Position numbers and translations under genes: made by a program | NCBI GenBank assembly: GCA_963810935.1 | Contig: CAWEPK010000012.1 | Coordinates: forward strand, 160,001 to 224,000 | Direction of reading: 5' to 3' | DNA: 64,000 nt | From: an uncultured delta proteobacterium | GTDB taxonomy: Bacteria > Desulfobacterota > Syntrophorhabdia > Syntrophorhabdales > WCHB1-27 | The notes under the pieces: model-generated | Seen by the model: the letters and a program-made list of their open reading frames with translations, nothing else | Database searches by the model: none | Told to the model about the DNA's origin: nothing | Shown: positions 13,022-22,400 of the stretch, piece after piece | How positions within the stretch are numbered: position 1 is the first letter of the stretch | Layout of the letters: each line of letters opens with the position of its first letter

Positions 13022-14441
13022 GCCTCCTGCCCGTCCTGCCGATGGGGGTGCTCGTCTTTGGCTTGGCCCTGGCTATGATCGGCGTTGCCGTGCGGCGGAG
13101 TCACGCGGCGACGTTCGGCATCACCCTCGCGGCAATCATCGCGTCGGGCGTATCCGCCGCCGGCCTTGCCTCGTCCGTCCCCATGCAGGGCGGCCCGCTA
13201 TTCTTCGCAGACGGGTTCGCCCTGTTCTACGCGGGCCTGGTGCTTATCGCGGGCGCGTGCGTTGCTATCCTTGCCAGGGGCTACCTGAAAGGCCGCGCGG
13301 TCAGGCCCGAAGAATTCTATATGCTGCTTCTGGGCGCATTGACCGGGGCCTTAGCGCTCATTTTCTCCTGCCATTTCGCCTCGTTCTTTTTGGGCCTGGA
13401 GGTGCTCTCCGTCTCCCTTTACTGCCTTATCGCGTACCCGCGCTCGGATGCGCGCCAGACGGAAGGGGCGATCAAGTACCTGGTGCTCTCGGGTGCGTCG
13501 TCGGCCCTTCTGCTTTACGGCATGGCCATCGTCTACGGGCTGACCGGGGCGATGGGGTTCTCAGCCGTGTTTCAGGCGCTTGCAGGCTTAAAACACGGGC
13601 AGGCCGCAGTCTTCGCAGGGACTGCCTTCATCGTCACAGGGGTCGGCTTCAAGCTCGGCGTTGTGCCGTTCCACATGTGGACGCCCGACGTATATGAGGG
13701 CGCGCCCGCGCCGGTGACCGCCTTTATCGCGACGGCATCGAAAGGCGCGGTCTTCGCCATCGTCATGCGATTTTTCTCAGGCGGCGCGCTCTTCGGGGCA
13801 CCGTACCTGTTCGCACTCTTTTCCATCGTCGCGGTCGCGTCGATGCTCGCCGGGAACCTCCTCGCCCTCTTCCAGACGAACATAAAGCGCCTCCTCGCCT
13901 ACTCGTCGATTGCCCATTTCGGCTACCTGCTGATCGCGTTCCTCTCTGCCGGCCCGTACAGGATAACGGCAGTCACGTTCTACCTCGTCGCCTATTTCGT
14001 GACAATGCTGGGCGCATTCAGCGTGATGACCGCGTTGTCGGGCAAAGAAAGGGACGCGGACAGGATCGAGGATTACGAAGGCCTTTTCTACACCCGCCCA
14101 TGGCTGGCAGGCGCGTTTGCGTTCCAGTTGCTGTCGCTTGCAGGGCATGCCGCTGACTGCAGGTTTCATTGCGAAGATATACATAGTGGCTGCGGGGGTA
14201 AATTCCGCGCTTGCGGCTACTGGTGGCAGCGTTGATCGCAGGCAGCGGGATAAGCCTGTTCTATTACCTACGGGTAATCGTGGCCCTATTCCGCAAACCG
14301 GCAGCCGCCCCATACGCGCCGCCGGGGCGACTTGGCGCGCGGATCATGACTGCGGCCTTGTTCGTCCTCCTTGTCTGGTGGGGGATATTTCCCGGTCCGG
14401 TGTTATATGTGATAGGTCTTATAAAACCGATTGTGCCGTAA
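13018..14441 (+). CDS. nuoN: NADH-quinone oxidoreductase subunit N (apparent +1 indels near 14143 and 14210)
   Basis: FKLGVVPFHMWTPDVYEGAP and KRLLAYSSIAH motifs; the intact reading of the 3' end is shown by the copy at 21799-22233. Confidence 0.94.
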
Positions 14442-14449
14442 CGATGTCA

Positions 14450-14496
14450 ATTACATCTCACCCGCAGTTGCCGCAATTGGCCCCGGTCCAATTGCG
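14450..14496. repeat. Repeat family A, short copy (ATTACATCTCACCCGCAGTTG plus a CGCAATTGG..CCAATTGCG hairpin)
   Basis: Near-identical to 21744-21797 and 26106-26160. Confidence 0.85.
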
Positions 14497-14520
14497 AAAG
14501 CAGACGCTCGCAATCATTTG

Positions 14521-14540
14521 CAGGGGCCGGCAGGCCCCTG
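14521..14540. terminator. Possible terminator hairpin between the convergent nuoN and 14607 genes
   Basis: CAGGGGCC-ggca-GGCCCCTG perfect 8-bp stem; weak U-tract. Confidence 0.4.
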
Positions 14541-14606
14541 ATCTTTACCGGACCCTCAAGACCACGCGCCAACGGTTTAGACGCGCTTTCCCTGGTTCGC
14601 TCTACT

Positions 14607-15138
14607 CTATCCTTCGAGCTTTTCAATGGAGGTTGCAGTCGCGTCCGTATAGGTCACACTCAACCGGTCGCCATACTTCAAGCTTTCCAGGAGGTTGGGG
14701 TCTCCGACCTTCACGTTCAGAAACTGTCCTTCAGACCCTTTCAGCGTCACCATCGAGCGGCGAGGGTCGATGATCTGCACTATGCCGCTCATCGTGACGG
14801 GCTGGCGGCCGGGACCTGCCTCGTACGGGCGCCGGCGCGCTCATCAATTGCTGGCCGGGTTTTGCCATCTGCAGGACCCTGCCCTCCTGATATCGGACGG
14901 CTACCCGGTCGCCGGGGTTTAACTGGGAGAAATTCGTCACGCTCTCTCCGGCTATTACGCTGAAAACGCCGCCGTCCGTGTTTTTGAGCATAACCATGCG
15001 GGTTGTAGGGTCTAAAGATTCCACCATGGCGATGGTGCTGACTATCTCGGACCTTTCCTCCGTTTCCTGCCCCTTGACTATCGCCGCCCAGGACATCAGG
15101 CATATTGCGGCCATGCAAAGAATCATTACACGTTTCAT
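14607..15138 (-). CDS. Exported hypothetical protein with two repeated beta-rich domains (apparent frameshift near 14810)
   Basis: AGGAGG RBS and signal peptide; internal repeats VESLDPTTRMVMLK/VQIIDPRRSMVTLK and PGDRVAVRY/YGDRLSVTY. Confidence 0.7.
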
Positions 15139-15450
15139 AGCTTTCCTCCTTTTCAATCTCGCCTTTCCAGCAAAGTTGTCATGAATGGGGGTCTTGTCAA
15201 TGAGGAGGCCGTAATCGCAAGCGGGGGGATGATTAACAAGGGCGATTTCATGCTGGGAAAGGGTGGGATGGACATCATTCTTTCCTATGGACTTCCTGTC
15301 CAGTCAAAACGTAATGGACCTGTCCGTAAAGTCAAGGCCCCGCCGGCAGCTCCCCTTTCTTGTCTGGCCGTCTATCCTGCATTACGTTTCAATGATCGGA
15401 AGGTGCGCAGCGCCGTCCAGGGACCGGGGCAAGTGGAAGGAGACGACCGA

Positions 15451-16134
15451 ATGACCGGGACGACCCTCCCGTATACAGCACACACATCGGAAAACGGTGT
15501 TCAGACCGAGATATACCTGCCCAAGAAATGGTATTTTCAGCGCTTTGTATACGATACCCTGATAGAAGGCCTGAATCTCGATCACGTCAAGGATAGCCTC
15601 GTCCGGAATATTGAAGATGTGAGCGAACTGCTGAAAGATTTTGCGATAAGGCCGCTGGAAGGTAGATTGACAAAATCGAGAATCGAGCGCATGAACCCGT
15701 CGTTCTGGGGCTATTCCGTGTACGAAGTCGATAGGGTAGTCTGTGCGTCCCCTGCGAAAGGACCGGGGGTGGAAGTGGAAAAGATTCAGGTGCTCAGGGT
15801 CATGTTTCGAACGGACATAGAAGACATGCAGAAGGCCCTTGAAGCCGGGGGTATAGCAATCCCACCCGAAAAGATCAGGGCAATCATTTATGACCTGTAC
15901 CGTTCGAATATAAAAGAGCTCGAGGCCTTGCCGGAAAAGACGGGCGCATCGATCATCCGGCAGTATTTGAGAGACTGGCTCTGGGATATCCGGCTTTTTC
16001 TTTTCGGTTACGTAATCCGCGAAGTCTGTAACGCGATCAAAAGGCTGGGCGGAGGCGCAAAGCCCTCGGAAGAGATATGGGTAGTCTCTTTCTGGGACAC
16101 CAAAATCAGCCGGATCGTTCCGACGCCGGCTTAG
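15451..16134 (+). CDS. Hypothetical protein
   Basis: AAGGAG RBS before the ATG at 15451; 227-aa ORF with no recognised motif. Confidence 0.65.
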   Translation: MTGTTLPYTAHTSENGVQTEIYLPKKWYFQRFVYDTLIEGLNLDHVKDSLVRNIEDVSELLKDFAIRPLEGRLTKSRIERMNPSFWGYSVYEVDRVVCASPAKGPGVEVEKIQVLRVMFRTDIEDMQKALEAGGIAIPPEKIRAIIYDLYRSNIKELEALPEKTGASIIRQYLRDWLWDIRLFLFGYVIREVCNAIKRLGGGAKPSEEIWVVSFWDTKISRIVPTPA

Positions 16135-16152
16135 TAATCGATGGAGGACGAT

Positions 16153-16632
16153 ATGAGAAAGATCCTCTTGGCGATAGACGGTTCCGCCTGTTCTTCCCGT
16201 GCCGTCGCATATTGTGGGAAGCAGTTTGCCGGTGTACCGGATTTATCCGTCGCCCTCCTTCACGTCCTGCCGAACCTCCCGGCCCAGTTCTGGGACGACG
16301 GCCACATTCTATCGGAACAGGAGAAAGAGGCGCGAGAAACGGTCGTAGCCACGTGGCTGGAGAACCGGAAGCTGGCAGCGGAGCCTATGTTCCGGGCTGC
16401 AATGGAGGAGCTGGAGCAAAGCGGTATACGTCCGAAACAAATAGAAAGAAAAACCATTTATGATTCCACCGATGTCACGACAAGCATCCTCGAGGAGGCG
16501 AGGGACGGGGGCTACCTGACCCTGATACTGGGGCGGTGCGGCCCCTCCGGCATAGGTGGGCACCTCCTGGGGAGCACCACTGGCAGGATCGTTCAGCGGG
16601 GCGCCGACCTGACAATATGCGTGGTCGAATAG
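16153..16632 (+). CDS. Universal stress protein (UspA family)
   Basis: KILLAIDGS, LLHV and LILGRCG..LLGSTT motifs. Confidence 0.88.
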   Translation: MRKILLAIDGSACSSRAVAYCGKQFAGVPDLSVALLHVLPNLPAQFWDDGHILSEQEKEARETVVATWLENRKLAAEPMFRAAMEELEQSGIRPKQIERKTIYDSTDVTTSILEEARDGGYLTLILGRCGPSGIGGHLLGSTTGRIVQRGADLTICVVE

Positions 16633-16720
16633 GGATTCCTGGAAACGAATAAAGGCAGACTGCGGCTACTAAGACCGGTACGCCCACAAAGTGCTGAACG
16701 AACAAGGAGGTCTTGACGTG

Positions 16721-17734
16721 ATGGGGGAGAACAGACCGAGACACATGACGCTCGATCGCTTCTTAGTCGGGCAGCAGAGAGCACACCCCGGGGCCGGAGG
16801 CGAGCTGACGCGGGTCATGGACCAGGTCGGTACCGTGGGGAAGATTATCTCCAGCTACATGCGGCGTGCAGCCCTGGGAGCGATGACCGGCCTTACCGGC
16901 GCTGTGAACGTCCAGGGTGAAAAGGTGCAGAAGCTCGATGAGCTGGGCAACACGATCTTCGTCCAGGCATTCGAATACGTCGATATCGTCGGCGCCATAG
17001 TCTCCGAGGAGATGGCCGAGCCGCTGGTCGTCGAGCCCGGAAGGACCTCGGGGAAATACGTCGTGCTGGTAGACCCCATCGACGGTTCTTCCAACCTGGA
17101 CGTGGACTGTGCGGTCGGCTCCATCTTCTCCATACGGGACCTCAGAGGCTCCGTGGAAGAATCGATCCTTATGGAGGGAGCGCACCAGGTTGCGGCAGGC
17201 TACATCATGTACGGCATGTCGACGGTCCTCGTCTACACGGCCGGGGACGGCGTGCACAGCTTCGTTCTCGATGAAGAGATCGGGGAGTTCGTCCTGGACC
17301 ACGACAACATCCTGATGCCCGACCGGGGAAAGACCATGGCCTCCAATTTCGGCAATTACAAAATATGGGGCGAGCCGGCAAGGAAGTTCGTCGAGACCCT
17401 TTCCGCCGGAGAGAAGGGTTACTCCCTCCGTTACTCGGGGGCGCTCGTCGCCGACCTGCATCAAATCCTTCACAGAGGAGGCATCTACTTTTACCCGGAG
17501 GACAATAAAAGACCCAGGGGCAAGCTGCGGCTCCTTTACGAGTGCGCACCCCTTGCCATGATAGCCGAACAGGCAGGGGGCGGGGCGACCACGGGGAAGA
17601 TGAGGGTTATGGACATCCGGCCCGAAAGCGTCCACCAGCGCATACCCTTCGCTATCGGCAGCCGGCACGAGATAGGCGTGTATGAAGATGCCTATCGTAA
17701 TGTCGAAAAGGCTAAAGCGGCTCCGGGCGGATGA
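16721..17734 (+). CDS. fbp: Fructose-1,6-bisphosphatase class 1
   Basis: NVQGEKVQKLD, SEE, DPIDGSSNLD and GKLRLLYECAP motifs. Confidence 0.96.
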   Translation: MGENRPRHMTLDRFLVGQQRAHPGAGGELTRVMDQVGTVGKIISSYMRRAALGAMTGLTGAVNVQGEKVQKLDELGNTIFVQAFEYVDIVGAIVSEEMAEPLVVEPGRTSGKYVVLVDPIDGSSNLDVDCAVGSIFSIRDLRGSVEESILMEGAHQVAAGYIMYGMSTVLVYTAGDGVHSFVLDEEIGEFVLDHDNILMPDRGKTMASNFGNYKIWGEPARKFVETLSAGEKGYSLRYSGALVADLHQILHRGGIYFYPEDNKRPRGKLRLLYECAPLAMIAEQAGGGATTGKMRVMDIRPESVHQRIPFAIGSRHEIGVYEDAYRNVEKAKAAPGG

Positions 17735-17879
17735 GTTGTGGACCGATCGACTTCATGAAGGACACCTCGGCCGGAGAGAGACGCTGCTTGGTGGAGGTTT
17801 TCATTCGGTCGAAAAATGGCGGCCTGCAATTGCAGCATCGACCGTATCCGATAAGAAGTAAGGATTACCGAGAGGAAGG

Positions 17880-20800
17880 TCACTCAGGGAGGGCCGCGGA
17901 TATACGATCCCGGGCGTGCAGCACCCGGCTTACCGTCTCAGCCAGATCCCTTGCGACCACCGGCTTATAGAGGAACTCCGCTATGCCCGCCGCCTTTGCC
18001 TTCTGGGGCGACACTGTCTCGCTGTACCCAGTGAAGAGGATTATGGGCATGTCCTTTCTGAGCTCAAGCATCTTCTCGGCGAGTCTCATGCCTGTGAGGT
18101 CGGGCATTACGTGGTCGGTAAGGACGAGATCGAAGTCTCCAGGCGCCTTCTCGAACTTCTCCCACCCCTCATGCCCACTGCCCGCAGTCGTTACCTGATA
18201 GCCGAGGCGTTTCAGGGTGTCCGAGGTCATCTCTACGACGGCCGGTTCGTCATCAACGACGAGCACTCTCTCTGTACCCTTGAGGAGGGCAGCCTGCTGG
18301 ATGGGCTCTTCCTGCACGGCCTCCTGATGGGATGGGAAGAACACCTTGAAGGTGGTCCCCTTGCCCGGCCTGCTCTTCACGGTGATCGCCCCGTTATGGG
18401 CCTTTACGATGCCGAAGACAACGGCAAGACCCATGCCTGAACCCTTGCCCTGTTCCTTGGTCGTGAAAAACGGCTCGAATATCCTGCAGAGCACCTGCTT
18501 CGGCATGCCGGCCCCAGTGTCGCGGACCGTAAGCACCACGTATCTTCCCGTCTGCATGTCGGGGTCGGGCTTCGGGTCTTTCTCCCCGAAGACCGCGTCC
18601 GATACGCCCATGAAGAGGAGGCCCCCATCTTCGTTGATTGCGTCGGCCGCGTTGGTCGAGAGGTTCATTATTACCTGCTGGACCTGGGAGACGTCGGCAA
18701 GGACCGCATCAAGGTCGCTGCGGGTGTCGACTTCGATCTTTATCATGCTCGGCAGGGAGCCCCGAAGGAAATTGGCTGTCTCTTGCACCAAGGGACCGAG
18801 CTTGAACGGCTTTCTCCGCCCCTGGCTCTTCCTGCTGAAGGCGAGAATCTCCTTTACCAGATCCCTTGCTCTTTGGGAAGCCATCAGTATCTGTTTGATC
18901 CTGTGATCGGCCCCGTCCGAGCCGTCGCCGATGTCATCAAGGGCAAGCTCCGCGTTGCCGATGATGACGGCGAGCATGTTGTTGAAGTCGTGGGCTATGC
19001 CACCTGCGAGTGTTCCGAGGGCCTCCATCTTCTGAGCTTGACGGAGTTGCTCCTCAAGGCGCATTCGTTCCTCTTCAGCTCTTCGGGACTCGGTCAAGTC
19101 GATCACAATGCCTCGTACGCCGGTTACCTTTCCGTTACGCTCAGTCCGGCTGGCGCGGATGAAAACGGGAAATTCGCTTCCGTCATTCCGTCTCACCGTA
19201 TATTCACCGCCCGGCAGGGCCTCCCCTTTCAAAATCCTGTTCATATTTTGTTTTATCCTGCCGTAGTCCTTCTCTGCTACCAAATCTCTTATATAGAGAC
19301 CCTCTCGGAGCTTCTCGGAAGTGACGCCAAAGGTTTCGATGGCTTGGCGGTTGGCGTATGTATACCTCTCGTTCAAATCCGTCTCGAACACTATCTCCGG
19401 CAGCAGCTCCACCAGCGTATGGAACCTTTCATTTGATTCTTCCAGTTCTGCTGTTCTCTCCCAAACCCGCTGCTCAAGCCCGTTACGGGAGCGGCGAAGC
19501 TCTTCCTCCATCCGCTTGCGTTCCGTAATGTCACGTAGTGCGGTAAGCCTCACTTTCCGGCCATGATGCGTCTCGGTCTTACCGTGTGCCTCGACTGTGA
19601 CGGGTTGCCCGTCTCGTTTTATCATCCCATGCTCGACTATTACTTCCAGCCCCTGTAGGATGTTGTCCATAACTTTCGCGCGGTCTTCAGGGACAATGAA
19701 TTCTGAGACCTCCCTGCCCACCATCTCTTCCCGGCGGTAGCCGAGCATACTGAATAACTGATCGTTGCCGTCTACAAACCTCCCTTGCTCGGTAATTGCC
19801 ACGCCCTCGAAGGTTGCCTGCGTGAGGATTTTGAACCTCTCCTCGCTTTCCCGTAAAGCTTCCTCGGCCCGCTTGCGCTCGGTGACGTCCCGGAAAATCA
19901 CCACCACCCCGCTGGTGTTGCCGGCCTCATCTTTTATCGGAGCACCGCTATCGTCTATGGGGACCTCCGATCCGTCTTTTTTCATGAGGACCGTATGGTT
20001 CGCAAGACCGACAGTCATTCCTTCCCGGAGCACCTTCGTTACGGGGTTCTCAACCTGATTACGGGTCTGCTCGTTGATGATGCTAAAGACTTCTGTCACT
20101 GGTCTCGCCGCGGCTTCTTGGAGGGTCCAGCCGGTCAACCCCTCCGCAACGGCGTTCATGAACGTGATCTTTCCTTCAACGTCCGTGGCTATGACTGCAT
20201 CGCCGATGCTCGAAAGGGTGGTGGCCCAGCGTTGCTCGCTCGCGCGAAGGGCAGCCTTTTCTTGAATCAAACGCTCTGCCATGCTATCGAATGCGCGCGC
20301 CACTTCTCCAAGCTCGCCGCCTTTCACAATGGAAGCCACATTCACGTTATCAACGCCCGCAGCCAATCGCCCGGCTGCCTTCTTCAACGCCGTAGCAGGG
20401 TTTACGATGAGACGACTTCCGATAAGCCAGGCCAGGAACAACCCGATAATAAACAACGACACAAATACCGCCAGGTTACTGAACATTGTGATGTTCGCCT
20501 TTGAAATGGCTGAGGCCAGCGGTATGCTTGAACGGATGTAAAGATAGGGTTCCGATTCATTGGGCAGGCGGAGTTTTTTGTAGGCGGCAAGGCGGGGCTT
20601 CTCGTCATTTCCGATAGCTTCGTATGTTCCTTCGTCAGCCCCCTCCCTCATCCTGGTGAAGAGGTCTTGCCTGATGTCGCGCCCGCCGATGAGTTTCCCC
20701 GAGAGGGGATCGTTGAGACTCCTCATGAGGATAGTCCCCTGGTCGTCAAGCAAGGCGAATAATGAACCCGGCGGCAGGTTAAGGTGTTCGAACATATGCC

Positions 20801-21350
20801 GGATGTAATCCAGGTCAAGGGTAATCCCTATTACGGCTATTAGCTTATTCGCCGTCTGCTTCACCGGGTATCCGAAGGTAATGATGGGTCTTTTCACTAT
20901 GCGGGCCATTGCGTATTCACCGGGCGAAAACATCCCGGTACGGGCTGCCTTTTGAAAGAATGTCCGGTCAGCCAGCGACACCTTCCCCTCAGTGGGTATT
21001 GCCGATGCCCGGACGAGACCGGATTTGTCGCAGACGATGATATTGGCATACTGAGGATTCTTTCTCAAAAGCTCAGAAAGAAGGGGAGTGGCGGTAACGG
21101 GATTTAGGGACCGTATCGGGGAAAGCAAAGAAAGTGCGGTTGCCAGTTGCTCCGCACCCGCGGCTATGGCCTGCTGCTGACCGGCGACATCATTGACGAA
21201 CTTCAGACACTCAGCCTTGCCATCGGCTATCGCTTCGTGCCGCTCGGCTATTCCTGAGTAGACGATCAGGCCTATGGACGGCACCGCCAATACGGCGATT
21301 AAAATTGCTAAATGTGCGCGTATGGGCCACGAGAAGAACCCTTTTCTCAT
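17880..21350 (-). CDS. Hybrid sensor histidine kinase/response regulator (Cache-like, HAMP, three PAS, HisKA, HATPase, REC)
   Basis: Two TM segments; GIAHDFNNML H-box; FEPFFTTK..GSGMGL; C-terminal VVDDE..TDHVMP receiver. Confidence 0.93.
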   Translation of the reverse strand: MRKGFFSWPIRAHLAILIAVLAVPSIGLIVYSGIAERHEAIADGKAECLKFVNDVAGQQQAIAAGAEQLATALSLLSPIRSLNPVTATPLLSELLRKNPQYANIIVCDKSGLVRASAIPTEGKVSLADRTFFQKAARTGMFSPGEYAMARIVKRPIITFGYPVKQTANKLIAVIGITLDLDYIRHMFEHLNLPPGSLFALLDDQGTILMRSLNDPLSGKLIGGRDIRQDLFTRMREGADEGTYEAIGNDEKPRLAAYKKLRLPNESEPYLYIRSSIPLASAISKANITMFSNLAVFVSLFIIGLFLAWLIGSRLIVNPATALKKAAGRLAAGVDNVNVASIVKGGELGEVARAFDSMAERLIQEKAALRASEQRWATTLSSIGDAVIATDVEGKITFMNAVAEGLTGWTLQEAAARPVTEVFSIINEQTRNQVENPVTKVLREGMTVGLANHTVLMKKDGSEVPIDDSGAPIKDEAGNTSGVVVIFRDVTERKRAEEALRESEERFKILTQATFEGVAITEQGRFVDGNDQLFSMLGYRREEMVGREVSEFIVPEDRAKVMDNILQGLEVIVEHGMIKRDGQPVTVEAHGKTETHHGRKVRLTALRDITERKRMEEELRRSRNGLEQRVWERTAELEESNERFHTLVELLPEIVFETDLNERYTYANRQAIETFGVTSEKLREGLYIRDLVAEKDYGRIKQNMNRILKGEALPGGEYTVRRNDGSEFPVFIRASRTERNGKVTGVRGIVIDLTESRRAEEERMRLEEQLRQAQKMEALGTLAGGIAHDFNNMLAVIIGNAELALDDIGDGSDGADHRIKQILMASQRARDLVKEILAFSRKSQGRRKPFKLGPLVQETANFLRGSLPSMIKIEVDTRSDLDAVLADVSQVQQVIMNLSTNAADAINEDGGLLFMGVSDAVFGEKDPKPDPDMQTGRYVVLTVRDTGAGMPKQVLCRIFEPFFTTKEQGKGSGMGLAVVFGIVKAHNGAITVKSRPGKGTTFKVFFPSHQEAVQEEPIQQAALLKGTERVLVVDDEPAVVEMTSDTLKRLGYQVTTAGSGHEGWEKFEKAPGDFDLVLTDHVMPDLTGMRLAEKMLELRKDMPIILFTGYSETVSPQKAKAAGIAEFLYKPVVARDLAETVSRVLHARDRISAALPE

Positions 21351-21501
21351 GCTCCGGACCCTCCAATCCATCATCCAGGTCGGTGAGCCGAAGATTCTGT
21401 GAAGTATAATAGATATTAGTGTTTATCTTGGAAACTACAAGCCCCCATCCGTTGCCGCTCGTAATGGCGCAGAGAGACCTGATGCGAGAAAACCGACCCA
21501 A

Positions 21502-21590
21502 GAAGTACACCTTTCGCCGCTTTTCTCTATGAAATATCAGCCTTACACGGCAGGACGCGACGAGGCAACATGAGCGCCCCGCGCTCGTTA
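21502..21590. repeat. Repeat B, copy 1 (about 88 bp direct repeat)
   Basis: GAAGTACACCTTTCGC..TCTCTATGAAATATCAGCCTTAC.CGGCAGGACGCGACGAGGCAAC.TGAGCGCCCC is also at 25885-25974. Confidence 0.9.
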
Positions 21591-21602
21591 TTCCCCTCCT
21601 CC

Positions 21603-21681
21603 GTCACCCTGGCGGGAGCCGGGGTCCAGGGTTGTCTCTGCGTCACCTGAAGTGCCGGATGCCGGCTTTCGCCGGCATGAC
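21603..21681. repeat. REP-like palindromic doublet
   Basis: GTCACCCTGGCGGGAGCCGGGGTCCAG...CCGGATGCCGGCTTTCGCCGGCATGAC: two inverted short hairpin units bounded by GTCA/TGAC. Confidence 0.65.
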
Positions 21682-21743
21682 GCAAGAAGAATAGGGCCAG
21701 GGGGGAGCGGATCGCTCTAACGCCTTTCAGCCCGAAGTCAATG

Positions 21744-21797
21744 ATTACATCTCACCCGCGGTTGCCGCAATTGGCCCTCGGCCCAATTGCGGCCGTG
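21744..21797. repeat. Repeat family A, short copy abutting the nuoN fragment
   Basis: ATTACATCTCACCCGCGGTTGCCGCAATTGG..CCAATTGCGGCCGTG. Confidence 0.85.
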
Positions 21798-22233
21798 AAT
21801 GCTGGGCGCATTCAGCGTGATGACCGCACTGTCGGGCAAAGAAAGGGACGCGGACAGGATAGAGGATTACGAAGGCCTTTTCTACACCCGCCCGTGGCTC
21901 GCAGGCGCGTTCGCGTTCCAGTTGCTGTCGCTTGCGGGAATGCCGCTGACTGCGGGGTTCATCGCGAAGATATACATAGTGGCTGCCGGTGTAGATTCCG
22001 CCCTGCGGCTGCTGGTGGCAGCGCTGATCGCAGGCAGCGGGATAAGCCTGTTCTATTACCTCCGGGTAATCGCGGCCCTATTCCGCAAGCCGGCAGCAGC
22101 TCCGTATGCGCCGCCGGGGCGCCTGGGTGCGCGGATCATGACTGCGGCCTTGTTCGTCCTCCTTGTCTGGTGGGGGATATTTCCAGGGCCGGTGCTGTAT
22201 GTGATAGGTCTTATAAAGCCTATTGTGCCGTAG
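21798..22233 (+). pseudogene. nuoN: Second copy of the nuoN 3' end (last 144 codons)
   Basis: Aligns to 14004-14441 with about 34 substitutions by manual count, only 2 non-synonymous; lacks the 5' two-thirds of nuoN. Confidence 0.93.
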
Positions 22234-22400
22234 TGACGTTCCCCCGTCACACGAATCAATGAAAACCCAAAATGCGAACAAAAGACTGACCTAATATAGA
22301 TGGCAGGCTTATTTGTACCGACATTCGGACATTACGGTCCGGTCTGTGCAATCCGCATGTCCTCGTCACTGGAGCATCAGGCCGAGAGGTGTGAATAACA

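Noticed and set aside
1056..14441. nuo operon as a decaying set of pseudogenes because of about 10 frameshifts
   Set aside because: Similar single-base indels also hit gyrA, ubiE, the CDF gene and others, and no in-frame nonsense codons were seen. Long-read error is more likely; read polishing would settle it.
14442..21797. Classical integrase-encoded island or prophage
   Set aside because: No tyrosine or serine recombinase, phage gene or conjugation gene is recognisable in the interval.
14004..22233. nuoN duplicate as a diversity-generating retroelement TR/VR pair
   Set aside because: The mismatches are not adenine-specific, are almost all synonymous, and no reverse transcriptase is present.
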